NCBI GenBank assembly: GCA_964016885.1
Contig: OZ024743.1
Span: forward strand, 169,508,001 to 169,572,000
Direction: 5' to 3'
From: Eledone cirrhosa
Lineage: Eukaryota
DNA: 64,000 bases
In this document: piece by piece, positions 52,476-64,000 of the stretch
Position numbering within the stretch: the stretch's first letter is position 1
Layout: each line of letters begins with the position of its first letter
Translations under genes and position numbers: made by a program
The notes under the pieces: model-generated
Told to the model about the DNA's origin: nothing
Database searches by the model: none
What the model saw: the letters and a program-made list of their open reading frames with translations, nothing else

Positions 52476-54590
52476 ATGATAGGACGGCCCCATACCAACC
52501 AAGGGAGCCGAGGATTACCATTAAGGACCAAAAACCAAACTTCGAGTCTAACCTCCCGGTCAGACATGGGGGTTATTAGCAAAAGCATTTTAGATAGGAT
52601 CCTGCCCACACTTAAGAGTAAAATAAGGTTACAACTCTGGTCCTGCATCAGCCAGGTGCTGGACTGGTTTACATTTTTACCTGACAAACATAGGACTAGC
52701 TTCATACAACTAGACAGCAACAATTACTACTCCTCTATCTCGCCCATAGTCCTGAACAAGGCACTCATATTCGCGATGAATAGGACAGACCTAACACGCG
52801 ACGAGGTCCGAATCATACACGCCGCCAGAAAGACCCTGATCCGATTCGATGGGGACATATGGACCCGGAACGACTGGCCAAATAATTTTGACATTCCAAT
52901 GGGCTCCAGTGACTCCGCGCAACTAACGGACTTGGTTGGGATATACATACTCTACGAGATCAGGAGAGAAATACCCAACCTGGGTGGCGGGCTGTACCGA
53001 GACGACGCACTCTTCACCGTAGTGGACCAAAGCACCACAATGGTCGAAAATATGAAGAGGAGAATTAGGCACTTCTTTAGCAAGGTAGGACTTAAGGTAG
53101 AGATGGAACCCAATAGAAAAGTAGTGAATTTCCTGGACACCACCCTCAACCTCAACACCAAGCTACACCACCCATATCATAAACCCAATGAGAAGCTGGT
53201 GTATATCAACGCTGAGTCTAATCACCCTAGATCTATAGTTAAGGCCGTAGTTAAGAGTGTCTCTGACAGGATCTCTAACTTGTCGGCCAATAAAGAGATC
53301 TTCAATAGTAACGCTGATTACTATAACTTAGCGCTAGCTAAGGCGTCCCACAGCGATAGGATCAGCTATAACCCTAAGGGACATGATCGAAATGACCCAA
53401 GGGTACCCCGGACCAATACCCTCAGGGGCATGAGTCGCCCACCTAATACCTCGGTGACGAATAGTAACACTCCCAGACCCCTATCCGTCACCACCCCCGG
53501 TAGAAGGTCCCGCATACCCCACCGGTCTAATACCTACAACGCTGAAGACCACTGTGCTACGGAGCATAGGCACCCCTGCACCGGCCCCACCACCCGCCGA
53601 ACCCTAATTGATCAGGGAGGCCGCACCTCGCAGGTTTATAGCCCCACGGTGGGCCCATATAACCCTCATGATAGTGACCGCTCTGCACACCCGAGTGACA
53701 CCAACCGAGCTCGACCAGAGCTGTGCACAAACACGCGATGGCCCACGGCAGACACCCAGCAACCCCGCAAGAATAGGACCAGGAAGGTCACATGGTATAA
53801 CCCTCCGTACTCGGTGGGTCTACGTACCAGCCTGGCTAGAACATTCTTTAGAGTACTGGATAAATGTTTCCCTAGGGCCCACAAGTACCATAAAATATTC
53901 AACAGGCACACGGTGAAACTTTCCTACTCAACCACACGCTCCGTAGCCCAGCACATAGCTGGCATAAATAGGAATAGGCTCACTGCCTCTAATACCACCG
54001 TAAACCCCGGAGCCACCCAACAGAACCAGCACGCGGGACGCAACGGAACCCGGACAGGCCCAACTAGCACAGCGGAACCCAACGACCCTGTGCTGATGGC
54101 GGAGGCCACCCATCCAACGCCGAGTGATGGTAACCACGCGGTACATGTGGTGGGGCTTAAGACGTCATGTAATTGCAGAGACCCATCACTATGCCCCCTT
54201 AGTAATGAATGCATGACGAAAAACGTGGTCTACAGGTGTAAGGTCACAACCCCTAACTCGGAGCACCACTTCATAGGTTCCACAGCGACGAGCTTCAAAT
54301 ATCGGTGGTATAACCATCGCCATTCCTTTAACAGAATATATAAGAGGAAATGTACGGCCTTTTCTGAATTGATCTGGAGGCTCAAACTTGAAAAGACCCC
54401 GCACTCTCTGGTCTGGTCCGTGGTTAGAAAGGTTCCCCCATACAGAGGCGGGTCTGGTATTTGCAACCTCTGTTTTAGTGAGACACTCGAGATTCTTCAT
54501 GGTGGAACCAAGCTATTAAACAGAAGGGCCGACTTATTCGGTGCCTGCAGACACCTAAGGACGGGAACTTTCCTCAAGCTATATGGATAA
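52476..54590 (+). CDS. Nematis-like PLE RT-GIY-YIG, long open frame; true N-terminus (ADKTNN) lies upstream in another frame
   Basis: MGSSDS, LYRDDA, NFLDT, WYNPPY, CNCRDPSLCPLSNEC, VVYRC...FIGST, CNLC..E; frameshifting deletion near 52560. Confidence 0.88.
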   Translation: MIGRPHTNQGSRGLPLRTKNQTSSLTSRSDMGVISKSILDRILPTLKSKIRLQLWSCISQVLDWFTFLPDKHRTSFIQLDSNNYYSSISPIVLNKALIFAMNRTDLTRDEVRIIHAARKTLIRFDGDIWTRNDWPNNFDIPMGSSDSAQLTDLVGIYILYEIRREIPNLGGGLYRDDALFTVVDQSTTMVENMKRRIRHFFSKVGLKVEMEPNRKVVNFLDTTLNLNTKLHHPYHKPNEKLVYINAESNHPRSIVKAVVKSVSDRISNLSANKEIFNSNADYYNLALAKASHSDRISYNPKGHDRNDPRVPRTNTLRGMSRPPNTSVTNSNTPRPLSVTTPGRRSRIPHRSNTYNAEDHCATEHRHPCTGPTTRRTLIDQGGRTSQVYSPTVGPYNPHDSDRSAHPSDTNRARPELCTNTRWPTADTQQPRKNRTRKVTWYNPPYSVGLRTSLARTFFRVLDKCFPRAHKYHKIFNRHTVKLSYSTTRSVAQHIAGINRNRLTASNTTVNPGATQQNQHAGRNGTRTGPTSTAEPNDPVLMAEATHPTPSDGNHAVHVVGLKTSCNCRDPSLCPLSNECMTKNVVYRCKVTTPNSEHHFIGSTATSFKYRWYNHRHSFNRIYKRKCTAFSELIWRLKLEKTPHSLVWSVVRKVPPYRGGSGICNLCFSETLEILHGGTKLLNRRADLFGACRHLRTGTFLKLYG

Positions 54591-55016
54591 ACCCCTGTTA
54601 TGGCCTCCCACAACGCCCCCCCCCTGTAAGTCCCGTACACCCCGTACCAATGAGCAATGGACAACAACAACCACACATAGTTTGTGGTCCCTATGGTGGA
54701 TGGTCCACCGGATCCTCTACTGCTTAGGAGTCATCTAAACCACGTTTTATTGAACCTGATTTTATATATGTATATATATATGTATCATGTGTATATATAT
54801 ATATATTATATGTGTATATATGTGTATTTTATATATATGTATGTATATATATGTATATATTTTATATATATATGTATATGTATGTGTATTTTATATATAT
54901 ATATGTATGTATGTTTTATGTGTGTATATATTTTATGTATGTGTGTATTTTATGTATATATATATATTTTATATTTTATATGTATATCTTTTATATATAT
55001 GTATCTTCTGTGTATA

Positions 55017-55124
<108 letters not shown>

Positions 55125-55781
55125 TGGTAAACGGAATAGAAAATGCTGTCAAATTGTTCACAGTGAAAAATAGGAAAACCCATAACTGAACCGCACAACA
55201 ACTTCGCAAACCCCCAAGCCACTAACAAACGAAGAAGGAAGCACAAAACCGAAGATGAACTTCCCAACCTCGCTACCATAAGAAGGAACAAAAACCCTAG
55301 AAATCATCTCCCCCAGAATGACATATACAACTTTCCCCCTTCAAGGAGACACCATACCAAATCACTCAACTACTACGCGGATGCCTCATCGTCAAACATA
55401 GGGAAAAGATACCACCACCATGATAGATGTAACAACTTCTCCGCTTCAAGGGGACAGCAAGGTAATTTCCATTTTCTCAACTCTCGCTTCCACAATACAC
55501 AACAAACCCACACCACACGATACAACCAACAATGTAGGCCACCTATAACACCACAATCCAACATGGCACATAGAAACACACTCGCAGTACAGGAACACCC
55601 CATTCAATCTACAACCACCAACCCGAACCACATTCTACAACAACAAGGAATATAACAAACATAGGGGACCACTTAACATCAGCAGACAACCCCTCTACCC
55701 CAACCATTTTTTAGACACAGCACACAGATACAGGCAAACAAAATAACACAAGACAGAGAGGAGAAACCGATAGTAATAAAA

Positions 55782-57680
55782 ATGATCAATCTTACTAGTG
55801 CAGAACCAACACCCAACCTTATCAACTTACTCTCCAAAGGTCTTAAATTCACACCGACCCCACTACGTCCTAACTACTATGAAATGAAGGAAGACATCAC
55901 AGACTTGTGTAGAAAGTTACGACTCAGTGAACAACTATTCGACCAGTACAATGAGGATGAATCATTAGCCAGAAATAGAAGCAATTACACCCCATCAAAA
56001 GGTAGAAATAAAATCCTGGACGAATTCTGTGAACACATCACAAACTTCCCTTACCAACACTTGCACCGACAAAAACACAAGCCAAACCTCAACAAGAAAG
56101 AATGGGGAGAATTAAATAGATTAAAAACCGACAGAACCATTACAATTAAAGAGGCTGATAAAGGGAGTACAGTAGTCCTAATGGAGACAGAATTCTATAT
56201 CAACTTAGCGCTCTCCACTTTGGAAAACGAAACATACTACGAAAAGGCTGAACACTACAATCAACAGAAAATTATGAGAAACCTAAAAACTCTAATCAAC
56301 CAATACAAAGAAGGACTCACTAACAAGGAATTCAGCTTCATCACAGACTTCACAAGTAAATCCAGCCTTTTCTACGGTATCCCTAAAGTACATAAAAGCG
56401 AATTAATAAGTAAGGCATGCAAGGAAGCCACAGACATAGTCATCAATGTCCCCTCACCCAATGATCTGAAATTAAGACCTATAATAGCAGGCCCCGCTTG
56501 CGAAACCCACCGCCTCAGCAACTTTATTGATACCCTTCTCAAGCCTTTTCTCAAACACATCAAAAGCTATATAAGGGACGACATAGATATGCTCAATCAC
56601 CTCCCTAATATGCCACTTTCTGAACAAACCCTACTAGTGACGTTCGATGTAGTCAACCTATACTCCAACATCCCCCACAACCTAGGAATAGAAGCTATCC
56701 AATTCTGGCTGGATAATTACCACAATGAACTCCCACAACGCATCAAAAAAGAATTCGTGATAGAGGGACTCAAATTTATCTTGGAGAACAATTACTTCGT
56801 TTTCAATAACAAACCCTACAGGCAGAAATCTTTCAACTCTTGCCACCCTAGACACGTTAAAATTAATATTCCCTACAACTTAGCCAAGAGAATCTGTACT
56901 ATAGTCTCCAATAAAAACACCTGCTACTTACGGCTACAAGAACTAAAGGACACACTCATAGGCAGGGACTACCCTGCATCACTAATTAACAATGGAATCC
57001 AACGTGCCCTAAAACTCAGTACCCAGGGCCTTAGACACCCTAAAGTAAATCAGCCGAAACTAAAAGCTCTTCCATACATCTCCACACACAACCTCCTCAA
57101 CAATGAGGCCTTTGACACCATCCACCAGAACATCCCTGTGTTGAAAAAGGATCATACAATGAACCAAATCCTACGAACACACGAGATCATAAAGAGCAAA
57201 AGACAATCTAAGTCAATGAAAAACATCCTAACACATGCCAAAGTACTGCCAACCACAACAACGAAACCCACAGTAAAAAAATGCGATAGACCCAACTGTG
57301 GCATTTGCATCAACCTAATAGAGGGTTCGGAATTCTATTTCAAAGAAGGACAACGTTTTATAGTAAAACACAATTTCACATGCGCATCAGAAAATCTAAT
57401 ATATGTATTAACTTGCTCAGGTTGTCGAAAACAATACATAGGCCAGACCAAAAACAACCTCCGCCAACGCATGACTGTCCATAGATCCCAAATTAAAATA
57501 CGGGAATACAGGAAAATACCACTGAGTGAACACATTGATACCTGTGCCGCACAAAATCATCCCAACTTCAGAATCTTTCCCCTCTACAAATTTAAAGATA
57601 ATGCCACCCACACCCAGCGCATCAGCAAGGAATCTTACTTCATTAACAAATACGGACCCCGTCTAAACACTTCTCCCTAA
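55782..57680 (+). CDS. Neptune-like PLE protein, 632 aa, RT catalytic palm deleted in frame, GIY-YIG intact
   Basis: LSKGLKF, ADKG, YGIPKVHK, RPII, FDV..LY, then YRQK joined to SFNSCHP; C-x4-C-x2-C linker, LIYVLTC..C..YIGQT..LRQR..H. Confidence 0.9.
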   Translation: MINLTSAEPTPNLINLLSKGLKFTPTPLRPNYYEMKEDITDLCRKLRLSEQLFDQYNEDESLARNRSNYTPSKGRNKILDEFCEHITNFPYQHLHRQKHKPNLNKKEWGELNRLKTDRTITIKEADKGSTVVLMETEFYINLALSTLENETYYEKAEHYNQQKIMRNLKTLINQYKEGLTNKEFSFITDFTSKSSLFYGIPKVHKSELISKACKEATDIVINVPSPNDLKLRPIIAGPACETHRLSNFIDTLLKPFLKHIKSYIRDDIDMLNHLPNMPLSEQTLLVTFDVVNLYSNIPHNLGIEAIQFWLDNYHNELPQRIKKEFVIEGLKFILENNYFVFNNKPYRQKSFNSCHPRHVKINIPYNLAKRICTIVSNKNTCYLRLQELKDTLIGRDYPASLINNGIQRALKLSTQGLRHPKVNQPKLKALPYISTHNLLNNEAFDTIHQNIPVLKKDHTMNQILRTHEIIKSKRQSKSMKNILTHAKVLPTTTTKPTVKKCDRPNCGICINLIEGSEFYFKEGQRFIVKHNFTCASENLIYVLTCSGCRKQYIGQTKNNLRQRMTVHRSQIKIREYRKIPLSEHIDTCAAQNHPNFRIFPLYKFKDNATHTQRISKESYFINKYGPRLNTSP

Positions 57681-57864
57681 GACGAACCCACAACATACAC
57701 ACGTCAACATACATACCTACATCAGCATACATCTCTACCCACATATAAACACAATGACATACGTAAACACACATGTTCTATGGTGCAACACAAATATAAC
57801 TTTTGATGTCTATAGATATAAACATGCCGACACACACACATACATAAACGCACACATGCATTGC

Positions 57865-58165
57865 ACACTGATGGGCACATACATATTTGTGCACAGGTGT
57901 TCCGGTACGGCGGGGCCTAGTGGGTTCCCCTTGCAGTACGTACAATCTGGACACACTCCACATACATATTTGTGCACAGGTATGCAATTTCTGGACACAC
58001 TCCAGATACATGGGTACAATTTGTGCACAGGTATACAATTTGTGCACGGGTATACAATTTCTGGACACACTCCAGATACATATTTGTGCACAGGTATTCC
58101 AATACGGCAAGGCCTAATGGATACCCCTTGGAGTACGTGCGGTCTGGACAGACTCACACACACCT
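57865..58165. repeat. Minisatellite in the Neptune-like 3' UTR
   Basis: Repeated atttgtgcacaggta and tctggacacactcca modules. Confidence 0.8.
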
Positions 58166-58317
58166 TGGTATTATGCCAATACTATATATAATTTCACACC
58201 TTTTATTATTAAGGTTTTTGATGTTCTAGAGAGAATCGATTTTACTGAAAATATCGAATAATGTACACCATTTTAACAGAAATAAATACTGATCCACCCA
58301 CACACGCACACACACAT

Positions 58318-58348
<31 letters not shown>

Positions 58349-58521
58349 TATATACACACACACATATACACGCGTACATTAACATACAAAGAGACATACA
58401 CACACACACACTTCTCCGTATAAGACAAGAACTGAAAAAATATCTTTTAACATGTTAAAATATCCCCCACACACTTACAGACACATTCCTACTGACCATC
58501 CCTCTACCACGAATTACTCTG

Positions 58522-58580
<59 letters not shown>

Positions 58581-59122
58581 TCTTAATAGGCATTTGAACT
58601 GTCAACAGGCTGCGGTTCGCACACACATCCCTGCTGACCATTATCACAACAACGAACCTCTTTACTACTACTACACACACACACACACACACATATTTGT
58701 TAGACTTATTTCTCAGTCAGCCGACACAAACCTACATTTGGCGCAAAATCAATTTTTTACATTCACATGACCTCTACCGACCAATCAAAATTTTTTTGAC
58801 CACAAGAATTTTCGCAACACGAATTGGCGCAAAACTTTTTTTAACACCGCTGGAGCCACTTTTTTAACATAAAAACAGGTAGAATTCCCAAAACTAATCA
58901 GATCAGAGCAAACATCACGGACGCTTTATCTCAAAATTATTTTTGAAAAGCATTAGAAATGCGCAACCGGTAAAACTAAAAACCAAAACTTAATACTAAC
59001 CAATACTATTACTAATTATCACTTATTCCTAATTAAACTATTTTTCACTGTGAACAATTTGTCAGCATTTTCTATTCCGTTTATCAATATATCATAACTT
59101 GTGTGTTACACCTCTATTCTTT

Positions 59123-59226
<104 letters not shown>

Positions 59227-59959
59227 CTTGTGCGTACATACATACATATATATATGTACACACCTGTAGGGATTTGTGTGTGTGTGTCTGAGGGGGTAGG
59301 TGTGAGTGTATGTACAAGTCAACCAGCATAAACCTTTTATTTCTAAATTTTCTAAACTATCTAAGTATTGGACTCTAACCATTATTTTAAGTATTACCAC
59401 CCCACATTTTGTATGTGTGGATGTGTGTGTGTGTCTTTAGAGGTGGGTGTGAGTGTAGTGCAAGCCAACCTACATAAGTCTTTTTATTTGTAAATTTTCT
59501 ACTTCAACCATAAATTTCAGTAGCACCACTCCACATAAATTCCTCAATTTAAGAATGACCTGTAGTATCTATTTCATACTATTAACCTTAATTGAATATA
59601 TATCTGACCAAATTCGTGTATATCCATCATACGTTAATCACAAATTCATGTATATTCATCATATGATAGTAAGTCAATTCAATTACCTATCTCACCATTC
59701 CCCCCCCCCCCCCCCTCCGACCCAACACACCACCTCAAACTCATTGACCAGTCAAACTATAGCAACACAAATATATCTTCTCCCATCACCCGTGGCAATA
59801 ACTGTTACTACAACTGCTATTATCCCTCTTACCCTTCTTGGAGAATTTTTGTTTATCGTTAATTATGTATCAGCTGAAATGATGGAATAACGCTGAATAT
59901 AATATGAACCCACGCGTTCCCAGGCGACCATTCGAATCTTCTTTATTTCAGATACAGAA

Positions 59960-62900
59960 GTATACACTCACCCCCACCTCACCCCGCATATATCCACCCT
60001 CCTCCACCATTGACGGCAAATGCCCCAAATTCCGAATTGGCACCATCAACGTGAGCACAGTCAAAGGAAGAACAGGAGAAATTTTAGAGATGCTTTTTGG
60101 GGAGGAAAGTTAGCTAGACTCCTTTTAGGCAAAGAATCGTGTTACAAATTTTTTCTGGTTGGGAAATGACAACGGGCTGGGTGAAGCAGGTATTTTATTA
60201 GGTGATAAATGGGGAGACAAAGTAAATCTGTAAATAGAGTGAAAGCGAGAATCATTAAACTCAGACTAGTCCTGAAAAAAAAAAAAATGGCTGGAATTAT
60301 ATCCGCATACGCACCCCAATCTGGGGTTTTACGAGTTTTACGAGTGCCTAGTGTGCTACCCTAACAAATGACAGTGGCTTCCTAATCATCACAGAGGACT
60401 TCAATGGACACATTGGAAAACACTGTGGCAGCTTCTACAGAGTCCATGTAGGCTACGGGTTTGGCAAAAGAAATGAAGAAGGTTTCAGGTTCCTAGAATT
60501 CTGCGACACCAATGACCTATCGATACGTAACACAAACTTCAAAAAACCCGACAACTGCCTGATCACCTATAGATCTGGGGAGCATGCTAGTCAGATAGAT
60601 TTTATCCTGACCAGTGGATGAAATAGAGGAATGGATGTAAACACAAAATCCTTCCCTGGTGAGGAATGTACCTCCCAACATAACCTAGTAGTCAGTGACC
60701 TCATTGTCAGAGCTAGTCGAACTTGGAAACAGAAGGCAACTTGGAGAAGAAAGATTTGAAAGTTGAAAGATCCCTCAGCCAATAACAAATGTAGAAATAT
60801 TTTCCGCGGCGCCTACGCGAGTAAGGAGCATTGGAAGTTCCTGAAAGATAATCAACCGAAGGTGACAGACGAGATTTGTGGAGTGAGCAAGGCTACAGGG
60901 AGAAGGAGAGTGGTTTGGTGGTGGAACAATAAGGTGGATGAGGCAATTAAGGCCAAGAGACAGGAATAGAAAAAATGGAAGAATGGGGGAAGCAGGGTAC
61001 ACTACATAGAGACAAGGAGGGAAGCTAGCCGAAAAGTATACTTTGCAAGGAGGGAAGTGGAAGCATGTTTTACAGCGTGAAGAACTGAAACGTGATGTGT
61101 TCAGGATTGAGAGGCAGTGTGTAAGGGAACATTGTGATGTCATTGGTGAGAAGTTTGTCTGTGATGATAAAGGCGAAATTGCCGTCACCGACGCTGAAAA
61201 GAAAGTAGCATGGAAGATCCATCATGAAAGATTACTGAATGAGGAGAATGGATGGGAGAAAGAGACCCTACCCTAAGTGAACCCATCAGAGGGCACAGCC
61301 GTACAAGTCAGCAGAAGTGTAGTAAGTAAGACAATTCAGGACATGAAGACTTGGAAAGGAGCCGGACCATCAAGGATAACTGCCGAGATGCTGAATGCAT
61401 CAGGGTCGACAGCTCACACCTTAACCACTAGTATTGTAAACGAAGTAATACAAAATGGTGTCATACTATTTAGTATGACACCAGGGTTCTTTCCTTAGCC
61501 CTCCCCTGTTTATTATCGTTCTGCAAGCTATAACAGAGGAGTTTAAGACCAGCTGCCCTTGGAAACTTCTGTACACGGATGATTTTACACTCATAGCTGA
61601 ATCTACGGCAGAATTAGAGTAGACATTCCAAACCTGGAAGCATAGCCTCAAAACAAAAGGCCTTCAAGTCAACATGTCAAAGACTAAGGTCCTAGTAAGT
61701 AGATTGGCACAGCAACATCATTATCAACTGCACCAGATAGAGGAAACTATAGAGCCATTACGTTGATGTACCAGGTAACAGAAAGTGTTATAGCACAGAT
61801 GATTAGGGAGTGGATTAACCTAGAACAGATGCAATTTGGATTTGTGCCAGGAAAAACCACCACAGATACCGTCTTCCTTGTGAAATAGTTAGAAGAGAAG
61901 TAACTAGCCAAAAGTAAGCTACTCGCTCTATATGGCGTTTGTTAATTTTGAGAAAGCTTTCGACAGAACCCTCCATGCCATTATCTCTTTGGCTCTTAGT
62001 AAACTAGGAGTAGAAGAGAGGCTTGTGAGGGCTCTGCAAGCCATGTTATAGGGGTGCAGTCAGCAAAGTTAGGATTAACAAAGACTATAGAGAAGAATTT
62101 AACGTGCAGGATGGCGTCCGGCAGGGTTCTTTCCTTAGCCCTCCCCTGTTTATTATCGTTCTGCAAGCTATAACAGAGGAGTTTAAGACCAGCTGCCCTT
62201 GGAAACTTCTGTACACGGATGATTTTACACTCATAGCTGAATCTACGGCAGAATTAGAGTAGACATTCCAAACCTGGAAGCATAGCCTCAAAACAAAAGG
62301 CCTTCAAGTCAACCTGTCAAAGATTAAGGTCCTAGAAGGGAAAACAGATCTGCGATCCCCTCAGGGAAATGGCCTTGCTCAGTGTGTAGGAAGGGAGTAT
62401 GTAGAAATCTACTGTCCCAAGTAGATACACAAAAGATGTAATGGGATCTCAGGAAGTTTAGCTAAGAATGCAGGTTTTACATGTAGCAGTAAGTATCACA
62501 ACAAACGAGCGTTATCAAATTCTGGGAAAGTTCGATAGAAGCGGTAAACAGCTTCTCCTACGAAGGAGACAAAATTAGCAGCGGAGGTGAGTGTTCTGAA
62601 AGTACAGTAGCCAAAGTGAGGACGGGATAGAGAAAGTTAAGAGAACTACTACTATTGATAGCTACAAAAGGCTTTTCCCTCAAAATGAAAGGCAGACTGT
62701 ACGGCGCATGTATACAAGCAATGTTGCATGGTAGTGAGACCTGGGTGCTGTGAAGATTGGAAAGAAATTAAGCATGCATGTTTCGATGGTTGTGTAATAT
62801 TAATATACGTGAACAGCAAAGCATAAACGAACTGGGTGGGAAACTAGGCATTAGAGGAATTAGATGCAGCGTGCAGGAGAAGAGATTGTATTGGTATGGA

Positions 62901-63130
62901 CATGCGATGCGTATGAAGGATGACAGCTGTATAAAAAGATACAGAACGCTCAAAGTTGACGGAAACCATGGAGTAGGAAGACCCAGTAAAACTTGGGATG
63001 AGGTGATAAAGGTTGACCTTGCACAATTGCACCTCTCAAAGGTGATGACAGAACACCGGGATCTCGGGCATTATGCAGTAATACAAAAGACATGTATTCC
63101 CATGATTACAGGGGAAAAATATCAGTACTG
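59960..63130 (+). mobile_element. Decayed near full-length RTE-type LINE (APE plus RT)
   Basis: RIGTINVSTVKGR, AYAPQ, DFNGH, SQIDFIL, WWWN, GVRQGSFLSP.LF, LLYTDD, RLYWYGH..R, GRP.KTW. Confidence 0.88.
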
Positions 63131-63159
63131 CGATTTCTAATCTTTCTTCTAACAAGGCC

Positions 63160-63860
63160 ACCTTTGATAGAGCAGCACCCTACAACAACACTGCGTTAGC
63201 CAACAGCTGCTACTCTGATACAATTTCTTACTCCCCTCCTAACCCCGCCACCTGTAGAAAAAGAAGTCGAAATAAAAAACTAATTTGGTTCTGTCTACCC
63301 GTCTCGTTCAGTGTTAGAACCAATGTAGGTAGGAAATGCTTAGCACTCCTAGATAAACACTTCCCCACAGGTCATAAATACCGACCTACCTTCAATAGAC
63401 ACAGGGTGAAATTCTGTGCTAAAAATATGAAAGCCCACATTACCACCAACCCCAACTGGATGCTCCCTTCAAAAACAGTGTAACACACCCGCGATAGTCT
63501 ATGAAGCTGAAATTAGATCTCAACCAAACAACAACAGGAGGTCAAAACATGTAGGTATCGCGGAGGGCCGATTAAAAGAACGCTTCCTTAACCATCAGAT
63601 GACTTTTAGACACTGGGATAAATGATCGTCCACGAAGCTGGCAAGCCACATATGGTCACTAAAAAATGCAGACATGGATTACTCCATTCAATAGAAAGTT
63701 CTGGCCAAATCTAAACCATACAGAAATAGGAATTTGTCACGTAGGCTGTACGTACATCGACGAACAAATAAATATCTTGCAGAGATTACGTAATAGTACT
63801 TGTCTAAATACAAGATCCGATTTTTTAATGGATGTCCGCACGCCTCCAAGTACTTATTAC
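63160..63860 (+). pseudogene. Decayed Nematis-like PLE endonuclease fragment related to 34851-35942
   Basis: IWFCLP..VRTNVG..LLDKHF..FNRHRVK; IVYEA; ASHIWSLK. Confidence 0.7.
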
Positions 63861-64000
63861 GTAACTACAAGGACCCAGACAAATTTGATCCAGAACGAAC
63901 TCAATCATTTCCCTCTCATCAGTCTAACTTGAGTTGTCCCGCTTGTTGACGGTCTTGCGCACGACCGTTTTTCAGCACAACCTCAGTCGAGTTAAAAATC

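Noticed and set aside
57865-58165. Repeat-spacer-like pattern resembling a CRISPR array
   Set aside because: Irregular modular minisatellite in a retroelement UTR, eukaryotic context, no cas genes
63860-63930. Minus-strand CTGATGA near the window end; also CTGATGA near 27167
   Set aside because: No correctly placed GAAA/NUH or stem I partner

Overview
AT-rich, microsatellite-dense animal DNA with no recognisable host exon. The tRNA-derived SINE and the (TA)n/(CA)n/(GA)n load resemble an octopod cephalopod, which is an inference. The window is a nest of Penelope-like retroelements (PLEs): about 11 RT and/or GIY-YIG copies or fragments, most of a Nematis-like type (CxC-x4-CPL linker, YRDD) and two Neptune-like. 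It also holds RTE-type LINE remnants, SINEs, Helitron-like and MITE elements, nearly all inserted in (TA)n. Reading both strands by eye gives about 28 type I hammerhead ribozyme (HHR) motifs, intact or decayed, including U3-A8 and U4A core variants and branched stem II insertions. Many lie in non-coding mini-elements: 330-620 nt partial-tandem monomers (retrozyme-like) and short palindromes that fold back at HHR stem II. Together they suggest a diverse non-autonomous ribozyme-element system mobilised by PLEs. All folds and alignments are manual and need computational confirmation; most ORF-track entries are microsatellite artefacts.
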